Positions 8,646-17,095 of a stretch of 33,682 nt of DNA are shown here, piece after piece. Position numbers and translations under genes: made by a program. The notes below the pieces were generated by a model that did no database searches, was not told the DNA's origin, and saw nothing but the letters and a program-made list of their open reading frames with translations. Source of the stretch: a virus (taxonomy: Duplodnaviria > Caudoviricetes); the IMG/VR virus record IMGVR_UViG_3300032332_001133, positions 1 through 33,682 of that record; one strand, given 5' to 3'. Numbering within the stretch: position 1 is the stretch's first letter; the number at the start of each line of letters is the position of its first letter.

Positions 8646-9830
8646 TTAGGTAGCCAATCCAGTGATAACGCCCTGGAAACTTGGAATGATATAGCTTTCC
8701 AAATAGCCTCCAAATCTGGCCTCATACGCATCCGAAGAAGCAGTACGAAGGAAGACAGAACCATCATCATCAAACCAGCCGAAGTCTGGACGATGGTGAA
8801 TCTGAATGTAGTTGTCATTCAAGAGATACATACGGTCGTCTTCAATGAAGCGCTCTGGAATAACGGCCACTGGACCAGCGGACGACATGAACTCCACGCC
8901 ACGGAAGGAAACTTTGCCAACCAACTCAGGCGAGCGAGGCTCGACAAAGTAGGTCTTCTGGTCTTCCAGTACGTTGAGAAGCTTACGGTACTGAGTGAAC
9001 GAGCAGAGGATGAGGTTAGGAACCTTACCGCTCTTGCGTTGAACCTCAAGCATCGTCTGGTTCATCAGGTCAGTCGTGAGGCCTGATCCACCAGCAGCTA
9101 CTTGAGCGCCTGCCTGCCATCGACGTCCCACGGTGATACCGTAGAGCGAGCCGGAGGTTGCATCAAGAACACCCTTGAGACCCGATGGGTCGTTGTTCTT
9201 GGAATTCTGCATGTAGATGACATCAGCAGCAAGCGGGGTGTAAGAACCAGAAACAGCCGTCAAGGTGACGGTTTTGGTAGCTGGAACCACTGCAGTGATT
9301 TCAAAGACAGCCGAAGACGAAGCAAGGTTCACATAGTCCTTTTCTTCGAAGTTAGCTTCTTTCCAGGTCGCGTCAGAGATAACGACATCCCAAGGGCCGG
9401 AACCAGAGACACCGCCAGCAGCGATGGTTCCGAGAGCGCCTGATCCATCGTTAAACAGAGCGCGGCTCATGTTGCGCATCCAGGACTCAACGCCTTTTTG
9501 AACCGAGTATTTCGTCAGTTCAACGAAAGCGCCTTCGTTCTGGCTCGAGGCTTTGATGGCTTCACGGTCAATTTGAATGACCGAGTACATCTTCTTCGAA
9601 GTGATGACTGCATCTTGCACTGCTGCATAGTTAGGGGTTGGGAGTGATCCCGAACCCACGCCGCCAGCGAAAGAGGTAGGAACTGCGATATCCATGCGCT
9701 TACCGGTGAAGTTGAAATCTTTCTTCACGCGGCCCAGAAGCACGTTAGCAGAGTTGTATGTGTTTTCAGAAAGTTTGCCGTACTTGATTTTGAACAAGTT
9801 CGACGCAGTGGTCAGGTTAAATTGAGCCAT
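8646..9830 (-). CDS. Major capsid protein (394 aa)
   Basis: GGAGG RBS. Follows portal and scaffold, has a typical size and is followed by a terminator. Sequence features (IQIDREAIKAS, PSGLKGVLD...LYGI) fit phage major capsid proteins. Confidence 0.85.
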   Translation of the reverse strand: MAQFNLTTASNLFKIKYGKLSENTYNSANVLLGRVKKDFNFTGKRMDIAVPTSFAGGVGSGSLPTPNYAAVQDAVITSKKMYSVIQIDREAIKASSQNEGAFVELTKYSVQKGVESWMRNMSRALFNDGSGALGTIAAGGVSGSGPWDVVISDATWKEANFEEKDYVNLASSSAVFEITAVVPATKTVTLTAVSGSYTPLAADVIYMQNSKNNDPSGLKGVLDATSGSLYGITVGRRWQAGAQVAAGGSGLTTDLMNQTMLEVQRKSGKVPNLILCSFTQYRKLLNVLEDQKTYFVEPRSPELVGKVSFRGVEFMSSAGPVAVIPERFIEDDRMYLLNDNYIQIHHRPDFGWFDDDGSVFLRTASSDAYEARFGGYLESYIIPSFQGVITGLAT

Positions 9831-9849
9831 AGGCCCTCCAGTTATTTAG

Positions 9850-10986
9850 TTAAATGTCCTCGAAAAACAGTGGATCAGAACCAGCATTCTTAACGGACTT
9901 TGCTCCGCCTTGTCTGTTAGACTTCATGTTTTTCTCAATCTTTTTAGACAGCTTCCGTTCTGGAGTTTCTCCGTAGAGTTGAGCGATTACCTCTGCCATC
10001 TCCGCTTCGCTTGCTTCGGTTTGGATTGCATAGGTAGCCAACTGCTCTACAGTTTTCGCATCGGAAGCCAATTCAGGATTAAGCTCCTGTAGCTTGGTCT
10101 CGATATAGTCGATCTTCTTAGTGTTCGCGTAATAGGTGCCGAGAAACTCCGGAGTAATCTCGTCAGCATTATGCCCCATTTTGGTAAGATCATCCCACGC
10201 TTTGACCATCGCGGCCTGATCCATTCCGTGACTCTCCATCACGCTTTGAACCTTGCTTTCTAGGGCTACCCTAGATTTAGCGGCCTCTTGAGTCTGCTTT
10301 TGCGTATCCATACGCTTTTTGTAGTAAGCATTTTCAGCCTCTACTTCCCGAAACTTCCGTTCTTCGGGACTCATCGTCTGATACTCTTCAATCTGCTTTT
10401 GGATGTTTCCAATCGCATCCTGATAGAGCGTCTGACTGTCTACGCCCATAGCTTCCCCGAGGTAGTCCAAGAAGCCCCGAAGGTCTTTCTGGTTCACAAG
10501 GTAGTCATAGGATTTATTAAGAGCTTCTGAGATACCCTTACGTTCTTTTTCAAAACCTTCTTTTTCGGTCTTGAAAGTCTTGTAAATCTTATCCAGATGG
10601 CTCTGTTGCGAGTAGCGATTAAGGGCCTCCTGTAGCGGGACTTCTACGACTTTACCGTCAATCTTGACGGGGACGAGAGCGTCTGCAGCTACGTCGAACT
10701 CTGTCTCACCACTCTTCAACTTATATAGTTTGGCAGCGCTGTCAGGCTTTTCAACCCCCTTAGCCTCTTTTCCTTTTGGAGCTTCAGCTTTCTCAGTTTT
10801 CTCTTCAGGCTTATCTTCTTTCGGCTTCTTAGTTGACTCTTTCGGTTCAGCTTTAGGCTCTTGTTTGGGCCTGCTGGACACGGACTCTAGTTCATCCCAA
10901 GAGGCAGGAGATTCCCCCCCTCCTAAAACAATAGGTTCCGCTGCAGGCGCGGTATCTCCAGAAAACGGTGCGGCATTAGTTTCCAT
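9850..10986 (-). CDS. Capsid scaffolding protein (378 aa)
   Basis: Lies between portal and capsid. Disordered acidic/Lys N-terminus, VKIDGKVVEVPLQE motif, coiled-coil body. Confidence 0.8.
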   Translation of the reverse strand: METNAAPFSGDTAPAAEPIVLGGGESPASWDELESVSSRPKQEPKAEPKESTKKPKEDKPEEKTEKAEAPKGKEAKGVEKPDSAAKLYKLKSGETEFDVAADALVPVKIDGKVVEVPLQEALNRYSQQSHLDKIYKTFKTEKEGFEKERKGISEALNKSYDYLVNQKDLRGFLDYLGEAMGVDSQTLYQDAIGNIQKQIEEYQTMSPEERKFREVEAENAYYKKRMDTQKQTQEAAKSRVALESKVQSVMESHGMDQAAMVKAWDDLTKMGHNADEITPEFLGTYYANTKKIDYIETKLQELNPELASDAKTVEQLATYAIQTEASEAEMAEVIAQLYGETPERKLSKKIEKNMKSNRQGGAKSVKNAGSDPLFFEDI

Positions 10987-11000
10987 TTAGGTTCCTTGTC

Positions 11001-13214
11001 TTAAATGCCCTTAGTCGGCTCTACAGGAGGCATCATGCCGCCAGCCTGCTGAGCTTCCATCGGGAGTTGAGGTTCAAGGGTCGGCTGTTGAGGTTCCCCG
11101 CCGACCATAGGGTTTACTGGAAGACCGGGCACTGAAGCCATACCTTCCGAGACTGGCTGCGCTTCTGCAGGCATAGGCATCTCTGGAGCCATTGCCGGAG
11201 GAGCAGGAGGAGTGAAGAACATTGGGAACATAGGAAGCTGTCCAAGCTGTTCAGCGAATCCTGGAGACCGTTTAGCCTGCTCAACCATCAGCATCTCATG
11301 AGCGGTAACGTGATCTCTGAAGCGCTCTTGGATAGCTGTACTGGTTTTATACTTGAAGCGGAATTCCTGCATTTGACGGGTATGAATCTTCCAGTGCAGG
11401 ATATGGTTCTCAAACTCAGCCGGAGCCATGTCTTCTGGCTCTTCAACCTCATAGAGCTTCTCGTTCTCAGCCTCAGCGGTACGGACAGATACGGTCGCCG
11501 CATCGGTGAACTTATCGCTCTGAGCAAGGTCGAGCATCTCGATAACCTGCTCACCAGTGAACTGGTCAGGGAACCGCTCAGACAGGTCAAGAAGGGTCTG
11601 AGTACGGGCTGCAACGCTTTTTGGCAGGGCTGAACTATTCTGAACGCGAATATCGTAATCCTTCTCAAGAGCGCTGACCTTAAAGAACTCAGTCATGTAC
11701 TCATTATTCTTCCCAAGGATACGGACCATGCGCCTATCAGACTGATCGTAATAGTCTCCAGCCACGGCTATGGTCATTTCAGCTATCTGCCTAACCATTT
11801 CATTCCATTTAAGAACTAACTCATTGTAACGCTCAGACTCCTGTTCAGACAGGAACTGAAGGGCTACGCCTGCTTTAATACCTGGAGGCGGCTCACCACG
11901 GGACACGCCAAAGACGCCGCTGATCTGCTGGAACTCCTCTTTCAGCTTATCGCGGAACGAAAAGACGTCAGCAGGAACGCTCTGAGCAGTAGCTAAGACT
12001 GGAGGCTGAGGGCCTTTGTATTGAACAATCGTGATGTCATTTCCAAGGCGATCGAGAGCAACGGAACCAGCAGGGACCATCCATTTAGGATGAGACACCA
12101 TGACGATATTGCGGATGAGCATGTTTGTCAGGTTGTTATAGGTCCCGGTCAACCCCTTGATCTGCTCATAGAACGACATTCCATGAAGCTCACCAGGTAG
12201 GTCTTGGTCCGTGAAGCGGATACATGGAAGCTGCGAATGAGAGAACGGATACTCAGTATTCTCAAGGATCGTTTCGCCAGTGAATACGATCTTCCGGCCC
12301 TTATCCATCTGAGTCGAGCGGCGATGCCAGAACGTATAGACCAAGGCTTCCCGCTTAGTGCTCTCAAGCTGCATCTTCTCGTAGTTGTAGACTTGAACGT
12401 CTTGATCTTTAATCTTAGCGGCTAGGTCTGGATACTTAGCTCTCAGGGCATCGGTAGAAATCACGTCCACCTGGAAGCAGTAATCTACGTCTTCCCATTT
12501 CTTCTTCTTCTGAAGGAGGACATCCATAGGGAGAACTATCTTGTATTCCACATCGCCAATACGGACAGCCTTATCGACGAAGATAGGGTTACCGTTTGGG
12601 TCCTGAACCTGCTGTCCGTTCTCATCCAGCATAGGAATACGGCCTTCTTTAGACCGCTTCTTAGCTTCTACATACGCAGGAGACAAATCACCCTTGTCTT
12701 CATCCCAGACAATAAAACAATAAACCTCGCCCATGATCTGAGCGTAGGTAGCAAGCTGAGTTTGCATGACCCCTTCAAAGTCATTCTCATACCAGATATG
12801 GTCGAGCAGCATCTTACAGGACTTAGCAGCGAGCTTGTCTTCCAGCTCATCGTTAGTAGGCATGATAGCCACTGCAGGCCTAAACTTAACCAGGCGTGAA
12901 GCACGGTTCTTAGTCAGGTCATAGAGATGGTTAGCGACGATCTTCCGAAGAAACTGAGAGCGGTCAGCAGCCCGATCGCGTGCATCAATACGGGTCTCAA
13001 GCTCCTGGTATTGAATACCTTTGTAGAGAGCGAGGTTGCGACGCATGACCCGGATACGGTCACGTGCATCTTCTTGGAGATAGTCCTTTTCGCCTTTCAG
13101 CCACTGAAGGATAGCTTCTTCATTCTTTGGGTCATCAAGATCAAGTTCATAGATAGGGCGAGCAGGCTTGGTGTACTGCTGATTCATTTCGTCAAAGCTG
13201 TAGAACTGATCCAT
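11001..13214 (-). CDS. Portal protein (737 aa, P22-like size class)
   Basis: Follows TerL. Contains LPCIRF...GELHGMS and ISGVFGVSRG motifs and a Pro/Gln-rich C-terminal tail. Confidence 0.85.
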   Translation of the reverse strand: MDQFYSFDEMNQQYTKPARPIYELDLDDPKNEEAILQWLKGEKDYLQEDARDRIRVMRRNLALYKGIQYQELETRIDARDRAADRSQFLRKIVANHLYDLTKNRASRLVKFRPAVAIMPTNDELEDKLAAKSCKMLLDHIWYENDFEGVMQTQLATYAQIMGEVYCFIVWDEDKGDLSPAYVEAKKRSKEGRIPMLDENGQQVQDPNGNPIFVDKAVRIGDVEYKIVLPMDVLLQKKKKWEDVDYCFQVDVISTDALRAKYPDLAAKIKDQDVQVYNYEKMQLESTKREALVYTFWHRRSTQMDKGRKIVFTGETILENTEYPFSHSQLPCIRFTDQDLPGELHGMSFYEQIKGLTGTYNNLTNMLIRNIVMVSHPKWMVPAGSVALDRLGNDITIVQYKGPQPPVLATAQSVPADVFSFRDKLKEEFQQISGVFGVSRGEPPPGIKAGVALQFLSEQESERYNELVLKWNEMVRQIAEMTIAVAGDYYDQSDRRMVRILGKNNEYMTEFFKVSALEKDYDIRVQNSSALPKSVAARTQTLLDLSERFPDQFTGEQVIEMLDLAQSDKFTDAATVSVRTAEAENEKLYEVEEPEDMAPAEFENHILHWKIHTRQMQEFRFKYKTSTAIQERFRDHVTAHEMLMVEQAKRSPGFAEQLGQLPMFPMFFTPPAPPAMAPEMPMPAEAQPVSEGMASVPGLPVNPMVGGEPQQPTLEPQLPMEAQQAGGMMPPVEPTKGI

Positions 13215-13227
13215 TTAGATGCCCCCG

Positions 13228-13434
13228 TTATCCCACGTTATCGAAAAGTTCTTTTCCAAGCGCGTCCTTCACTTCATCGGTCATGCGCTGGAAGCTCTGG
13301 TCGGCTGGAACTAACTGTACGGAATGAGTGCTTTTTTGCATAGCCCTTAGCTCGACTAGGCCCCAGAAAATGCCCAACACACAAGCAATTTGCACGATAG
13401 CGATAGCCATTACAGCACCTGTTAGCATTACCAT
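13228..13434 (-). CDS. Small membrane protein (68 aa)
   Basis: N-terminal hydrophobic helix; overlaps the TerL stop. Confidence 0.65.
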   Translation of the reverse strand: MVMLTGAVMAIAIVQIACVLGIFWGLVELRAMQKSTHSVQLVPADQSFQRMTDEVKDALGKELFDNVG

Positions 13435-14831
13435 TCAGAACCTCCCCATTCATCTTGAGCTTCCCCAACTTCATTAAAGCCGTGGAAATCATCTTCAATC
13501 CTTGCACCCCTAAACATCGGGTCTTTTTCTTTAGTGCTCTCTACCGTTTCATTCAGAGAGTAATGAGCTGCAGACAATATGTAACGCGCGTCATCAATAA
13601 GGTGGTCATTCTTTTTAACGATACGGCCTTCATCATCTTTACGGTAATTGTCTAACTCCCAGAACAGCTTTTGACATCTGCTCGAAACGGTCAGCTTATT
13701 TTCCAGCATGATATCCTTGAGCAAAGATAAACCGCTAGTCTTATCGTTCTTGGCTTTCTGTGTAGGCTCAAACGAAAGGTCGAAATGCTCTAGCATCTCA
13801 TTACGAAACCATGCCTCAGCTTCATCATAACCAAAGCGCCACTCACCAGGATAAAGCTCTTTAGTCATGCGCATGATTCGAGCGCCGATCTTTTGAACGG
13901 TCATTTCTTCCTGACGCTGCTCATAAATCTCATCCAAGAAGTAAACGTGCCTTGTGTATGGATTGATAGCGGCGAACAGCACGGCGAAGGTCGAGGCTCC
14001 AGCTGGATCAGCCCAACAGAACCATTCAAGTTTACGTCTATCCTTGGCAATCTCACTCATGAGAGCGGCGTGGCTCTTAATCATGGCGTCCTTGAGCATC
14101 GGGAAGATGCGCTTTGATCCGCCCCTGACGAACTTGGCTTGATATTCCCGTTCCCACTTGTCGCCTTCGCCCCTAGCGTAAAGTTCCGCCTGCTTTTTCT
14201 TGAGCCAGTCTTTTTGGATATGGGGATTTGAGCTTGTAGAGAACTCGAAAAATCTCTTGGATGGGTCTGACGCCCATGAAGTAGCGATACGGTTAAACTG
14301 TCCCTCGAACTCTGGAGGGGTACCGATGATAAAAAGCGGAGTATCGAATGCAGCTCGGTTGGGGTCATAGGCTTCAAAGAACTCCTCTCTGAAATCTTTG
14401 AACTCATCGAAGATGGTTAGCCCTTTAGGTTTCACTCCCCGGTAGGCTTCCACATTGTCTGAGCCATCTAGTTTAATGAAGCTCCCGTTCTTGAAATAGA
14501 TACGCATCTCCTGCTCATTGACCTTCTCAATCCAGTCCTCTGGACCGAGGGTCTGAACGCGTCGGGATGCCCAAAGAATCTCCCTGGACTGCTTCATGAA
14601 CGGGCTGAAGTAGTAGTTCTCGCTACCAGGGAACGTCCAAGCCCACCGCCAAAGGAGATAAGCGACAAGCTCAGTCTTTCCGAAGTTCCGGCCACACTGA
14701 GCGAAGACGTCTTTACAGCGGTCAGCGATAAGCGCCTTACCGATCTGAATCTGAGCATCATGGGGCTGCCATCGAGAGTGCAGCTCCTTCATTCCACGGG
14801 CTATGCGCTCAATCTCAGGGTGAAAGGTCAT
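13428..14831 (-). CDS. terL: Terminase large subunit
   Basis: Walker A CGRNFGKT, Walker B LTIFDE, coupling motif IIGTP, and RNase H-like nuclease acidic motifs WADPAG and NDHLIDDARY. Confidence 0.95.
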   Translation of the reverse strand: MTFHPEIERIARGMKELHSRWQPHDAQIQIGKALIADRCKDVFAQCGRNFGKTELVAYLLWRWAWTFPGSENYYFSPFMKQSREILWASRRVQTLGPEDWIEKVNEQEMRIYFKNGSFIKLDGSDNVEAYRGVKPKGLTIFDEFKDFREEFFEAYDPNRAAFDTPLFIIGTPPEFEGQFNRIATSWASDPSKRFFEFSTSSNPHIQKDWLKKKQAELYARGEGDKWEREYQAKFVRGGSKRIFPMLKDAMIKSHAALMSEIAKDRRKLEWFCWADPAGASTFAVLFAAINPYTRHVYFLDEIYEQRQEEMTVQKIGARIMRMTKELYPGEWRFGYDEAEAWFRNEMLEHFDLSFEPTQKAKNDKTSGLSLLKDIMLENKLTVSSRCQKLFWELDNYRKDDEGRIVKKNDHLIDDARYILSAAHYSLNETVESTKEKDPMFRGARIEDDFHGFNEVGEAQDEWGGSEW

Positions 14832-15214
14832 CAGGCTTCTTTAATTTTCTTCAGCTCCAAGAATGGATCAGCTCTCAAGATAGTCTCGATTTGCTGAGTG
14901 GTCAGCTTCTCTTCTACAACCTGAGTGACTTCCCCACTGTGCTCGATCGCCTTACGTTTAGGGTAAAGGTACTGAGCAGCCTCAGCAGCAGCCTTGGAGC
15001 GAAGCTCTGGAGGGATAATGTGGCGCTCGATAAGATCGCCTTTGTTAGTGCTCTGATAGGTAATGCCCTTATCGTAGCCAAGACCTTCCCAGTCTCCGAG
15101 AGCAAAGCGACAGAGAATCTCAAATGGATCGCATCCGAGTTCCTTCGCCTTCTCCTGAAGGGGTAAGACGTTTTTATTAGGTGTACCTTTAGTTCTTCCG
15201 CCTAGTTTCGCCAT
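14831..15214 (-). CDS. terS: Terminase small subunit (putative)
   Basis: Immediately upstream of TerL with a TGATG overlap. GGRTKGTPNK N-terminus and AAQYLYPKRKAIEHSG motif, as seen in TerS-position proteins. Confidence 0.75.
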   Translation of the reverse strand: MAKLGGRTKGTPNKNVLPLQEKAKELGCDPFEILCRFALGDWEGLGYDKGITYQSTNKGDLIERHIIPPELRSKAAAEAAQYLYPKRKAIEHSGEVTQVVEEKLTTQQIETILRADPFLELKKIKEA

Positions 15215-15227
15215 AATACCTGACTAA

Positions 15228-15515
15228 TTATGTCTCTCCGGCTACTTTAGTTTTCCGACTTCTTTTATCAGCTTTCGGGCCATCTTCCTCGATCTGAGTC
15301 CCGATCGTCTGAGCCAGCAAAAGGAGATCGGCTACGGTCCAGTCCTTGAAACGCTGATGGTAGTAATCGTCAATCTTGGTTTCGATGAGCTTCTCAACCT
15401 GAGCCTGGAGTCTATGGAGGTTGATAGGCGCACTAAATATTTGACTAACATAGTCGGATGCTGCCTTAATTTCTGCATGGCAGGTCTGTTCATTTTTCTT
15501 CAGAAAGTAACTCAT
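15228..15515 (-). CDS. Hypothetical protein, first gene of the late unit (95 aa from ATG 15515)
   Basis: In the ORF track as 15228..15536. I prefer the ATG at 15515 because the TTG start lies inside the predicted promoter. Confidence 0.65.
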   Translation of the reverse strand: MSYFLKKNEQTCHAEIKAASDYVSQIFSAPINLHRLQAQVEKLIETKIDDYYHQRFKDWTVADLLLLAQTIGTQIEEDGPKADKRSRKTKVAGET

Positions 15516-15771
15516 GCTCAAGAATACTACCAACACTGTTAACGAAACTCAATACAGTTATTACATCGACACGGTGGGTAGGGGCTGGCGGATTGAGGTA
15601 TTTGAGTCCCCTAGACGCTGCTACCAGCTTAAATGTAAGAAGTTGGCCTTCATTGAAATGACCCGTCAACTAAACGAATTGACCCGTAGAGAGTACCTTT
15701 GTCGGGACTGTTTCAAGGCCAGGGCTGTAGATTGGGGCTTAAAGAAGCTTGAGACCTTAGAGATTGAGTAG
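15514..15771 (+). CDS. Hypothetical Cys-containing protein (Cx4C...CxxC); start uncertain, possibly GTG 15574
   Basis: Only sizeable ORF between the strand switch and the non-coding region. Four Cys suggest a zinc site. No clear RBS. Confidence 0.5.
   Translation: MLKNTTNTVNETQYSYYIDTVGRGWRIEVFESPRRCYQLKCKKLAFIEMTRQLNELTRREYLCRDCFKARAVDWGLKKLETLEIE
15524..15552 (-). promoter_or_regulatory. Sigma70-like promoter TTGAGT-N17-TAGTAT (extended -10) for the minus-strand unit
   Basis: Located at the strand switch, 8 nt upstream of ATG 15515. Confidence 0.55.
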
Positions 15772-15788
15772 CGTCTAAAGTTTAGGCA

Positions 15789-15830
15789 GCAAATAAAAAA
15801 CCCCGGCTTTACTTTTCAGTAGAGCCAGGG
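15789..15830 (-). terminator. Intrinsic terminator on the minus strand, with no protein gene upstream of it
   Basis: Minus strand reads CCCTGGCTCTAC-TGAAAA-GTAAAGCCGGGG-TTTTTTATTTGC. Confidence 0.75.
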
Positions 15831-16370
15831 CTATTAAGATTTTGCGACAAATCTAAGATGAATCCTTTCTGCCTGCTCTTGGCGATTGAGTCAATCTTAG
15901 ATTTTCAGCCGAGAATTTTAGGCCCCCTCGATAAACGGTCTAAGTGATTACCCGAAGGTTACTCCTTTGGCGGTCAACGCTGGGACCAACACAGAATACC
16001 AGCAGGATTAGTTTAAACCGCCAAGCCAAGATGGACAGATTCGGTCATTAGGCCTCTCCGTCTGAAGTGCCGCTCGTTAACGGTAGGATGCCAATAATTG
16101 CGGGCAGGGGATATAGGTACAGCGGGTTTAGATATTGATCCGGTAGTAAAGAACGAACTGTAAGTAAGCTGAAAACACCTATCGTACGGGATTAGCCATA
16201 CCGTTAGACAGTGACAGGGGAATACCTGAGAGCTTGAGAAGTCGAGCTTTGAGTTAGCCCCCTGGACGGGCAGTGAACTGACAGACGCACATAGCCTTTA
16301 ACGCTTGCTAGCTATCATTCGTGGTAGGTAGGGGAATTGGCTACTATTGCCTATAGACAGCAATTTGTTA
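15789..16370 (+). ncRNA. Large structured non-coding RNA; candidate ColE1 RNA II-like replication primer / origin
   Basis: 624-bp gap with no credible ORF in an otherwise densely packed genome. Many nested helices and ColE1-like landmarks (see findings). Confidence 0.55.
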
Positions 16371-16395
16371 TCTTTAACTTCGGAGGACTCCAATT

Positions 16396-16581
16396 ATGTC
16401 AGACGGTTATTCAATCAAAGAACCTAAACTCAAAAGCGGTGGATCGAAAGATGCTTCCGCTTACTCGGAAAAAGCAGGGCAGGCTGGAACGGCTGCTCGT
16501 AAAGGCGCTCCCCTTGACTCAAAAGGCGGGACTGCTAAAAAGGATGAGCCGATCTACAAAGAAGCTTGCAAGGATCAGTAA
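16396..16581 (+). CDS. Small hydrophilic hypothetical protein (61 aa)
   Basis: GGAGG RBS; followed by a strong terminator. Confidence 0.75.
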   Translation: MSDGYSIKEPKLKSGGSKDASAYSEKAGQAGTAARKGAPLDSKGGTAKKDEPIYKEACKDQ

Positions 16582-16616
16582 GCTTTTAAGTCGATTAGCT
16601 CAGTCATTAGACTGAT

Positions 16617-16658
16617 AGAGGCTAGGCGTTCTCTGCGGTACGTTTAGCCTCTTTTTTT
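16617..16658 (+). terminator. Intrinsic terminator
   Basis: AGAGGCTAGGCGT-N10-ACGTTTAGCCTCT followed by a T-run. Confidence 0.85.
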
Positions 16659-16659
16659 A

Positions 16660-16699
16660 TTGATCTTGTGTAACAGCCGGTCTACAGGATCGTTACACA
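16660..16699 (+). promoter_or_regulatory. Putative early promoter with an overlapping inverted repeat (candidate operator)
   Basis: TTGATC-N17-TACAGG (weak -10). Perfect 8-bp inverted repeat TGTGTAAC-N17-GTTACACA at 16667-16699. Confidence 0.45.
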
Positions 16700-17088
16700 T
16701 GTCAAAACAAATACACCGCATTCGAGTCGATAGTTTAGAGCCGTCGTCTAAGTATGAAGGCAAGTGGATCGCTCAGATTAGCCTAGATGGAGCTGAGTTT
16801 ACCCAGACCTTTTGGATGAGTCATAAGCAGATGGGAAGCATTCAGAAGAACCTAGATAGGCCCCTTCTTTTTGCTGCCTTCGATTATGAGCCTCCCAAGG
16901 GGCCTAGGTTCATTTGGGCATCATCGGACAAGGCATGGCTCACCAAAGCCTTCCTTGAGCCAAAGGAAGAGCAGCTAGAAGCTGTAAAGCCCGTCTCCTT
17001 TGAAGAGGCTCAGACACATGTTGCATCCATCAAGAAGACCCTGACTCAGCCAGCCCGTGACTGGCGAGAAGAAGACATTCCATTTTGA
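16699..17088 (+). CDS. Putative single-stranded DNA-binding protein (129 aa)
   Basis: Beta-rich N-terminal domain and acidic C-terminal tail REEDIPF, similar to the SSB DDDIPF tail. AGGA lies upstream of ATG 16699. Confidence 0.55.
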   Translation: MSKQIHRIRVDSLEPSSKYEGKWIAQISLDGAEFTQTFWMSHKQMGSIQKNLDRPLLFAAFDYEPPKGPRFIWASSDKAWLTKAFLEPKEEQLEAVKPVSFEEAQTHVASIKKTLTQPARDWREEDIPF

Positions 17089-17095
17089 GGCATTT

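Noticed and set aside
8597-8818. Frameshift extension of the major capsid protein
   Set aside because: I saw no slippery heptamer near the capsid stop, and the alternative frame ends inside the terminator.
16396-16581. 61-aa ORF as a Rop/Rom analogue, given its size and position after the candidate origin
   Set aside because: The sequence is Gly/Ser/Lys-rich and looks disordered, with no heptad helical hairpin.
16337-16615. 92-aa TTG-start ORF overlapping the 61-aa gene
   Set aside because: The 61-aa ORF has an ATG start and a better RBS (GGAGG); the longer frame starts within the structured region.
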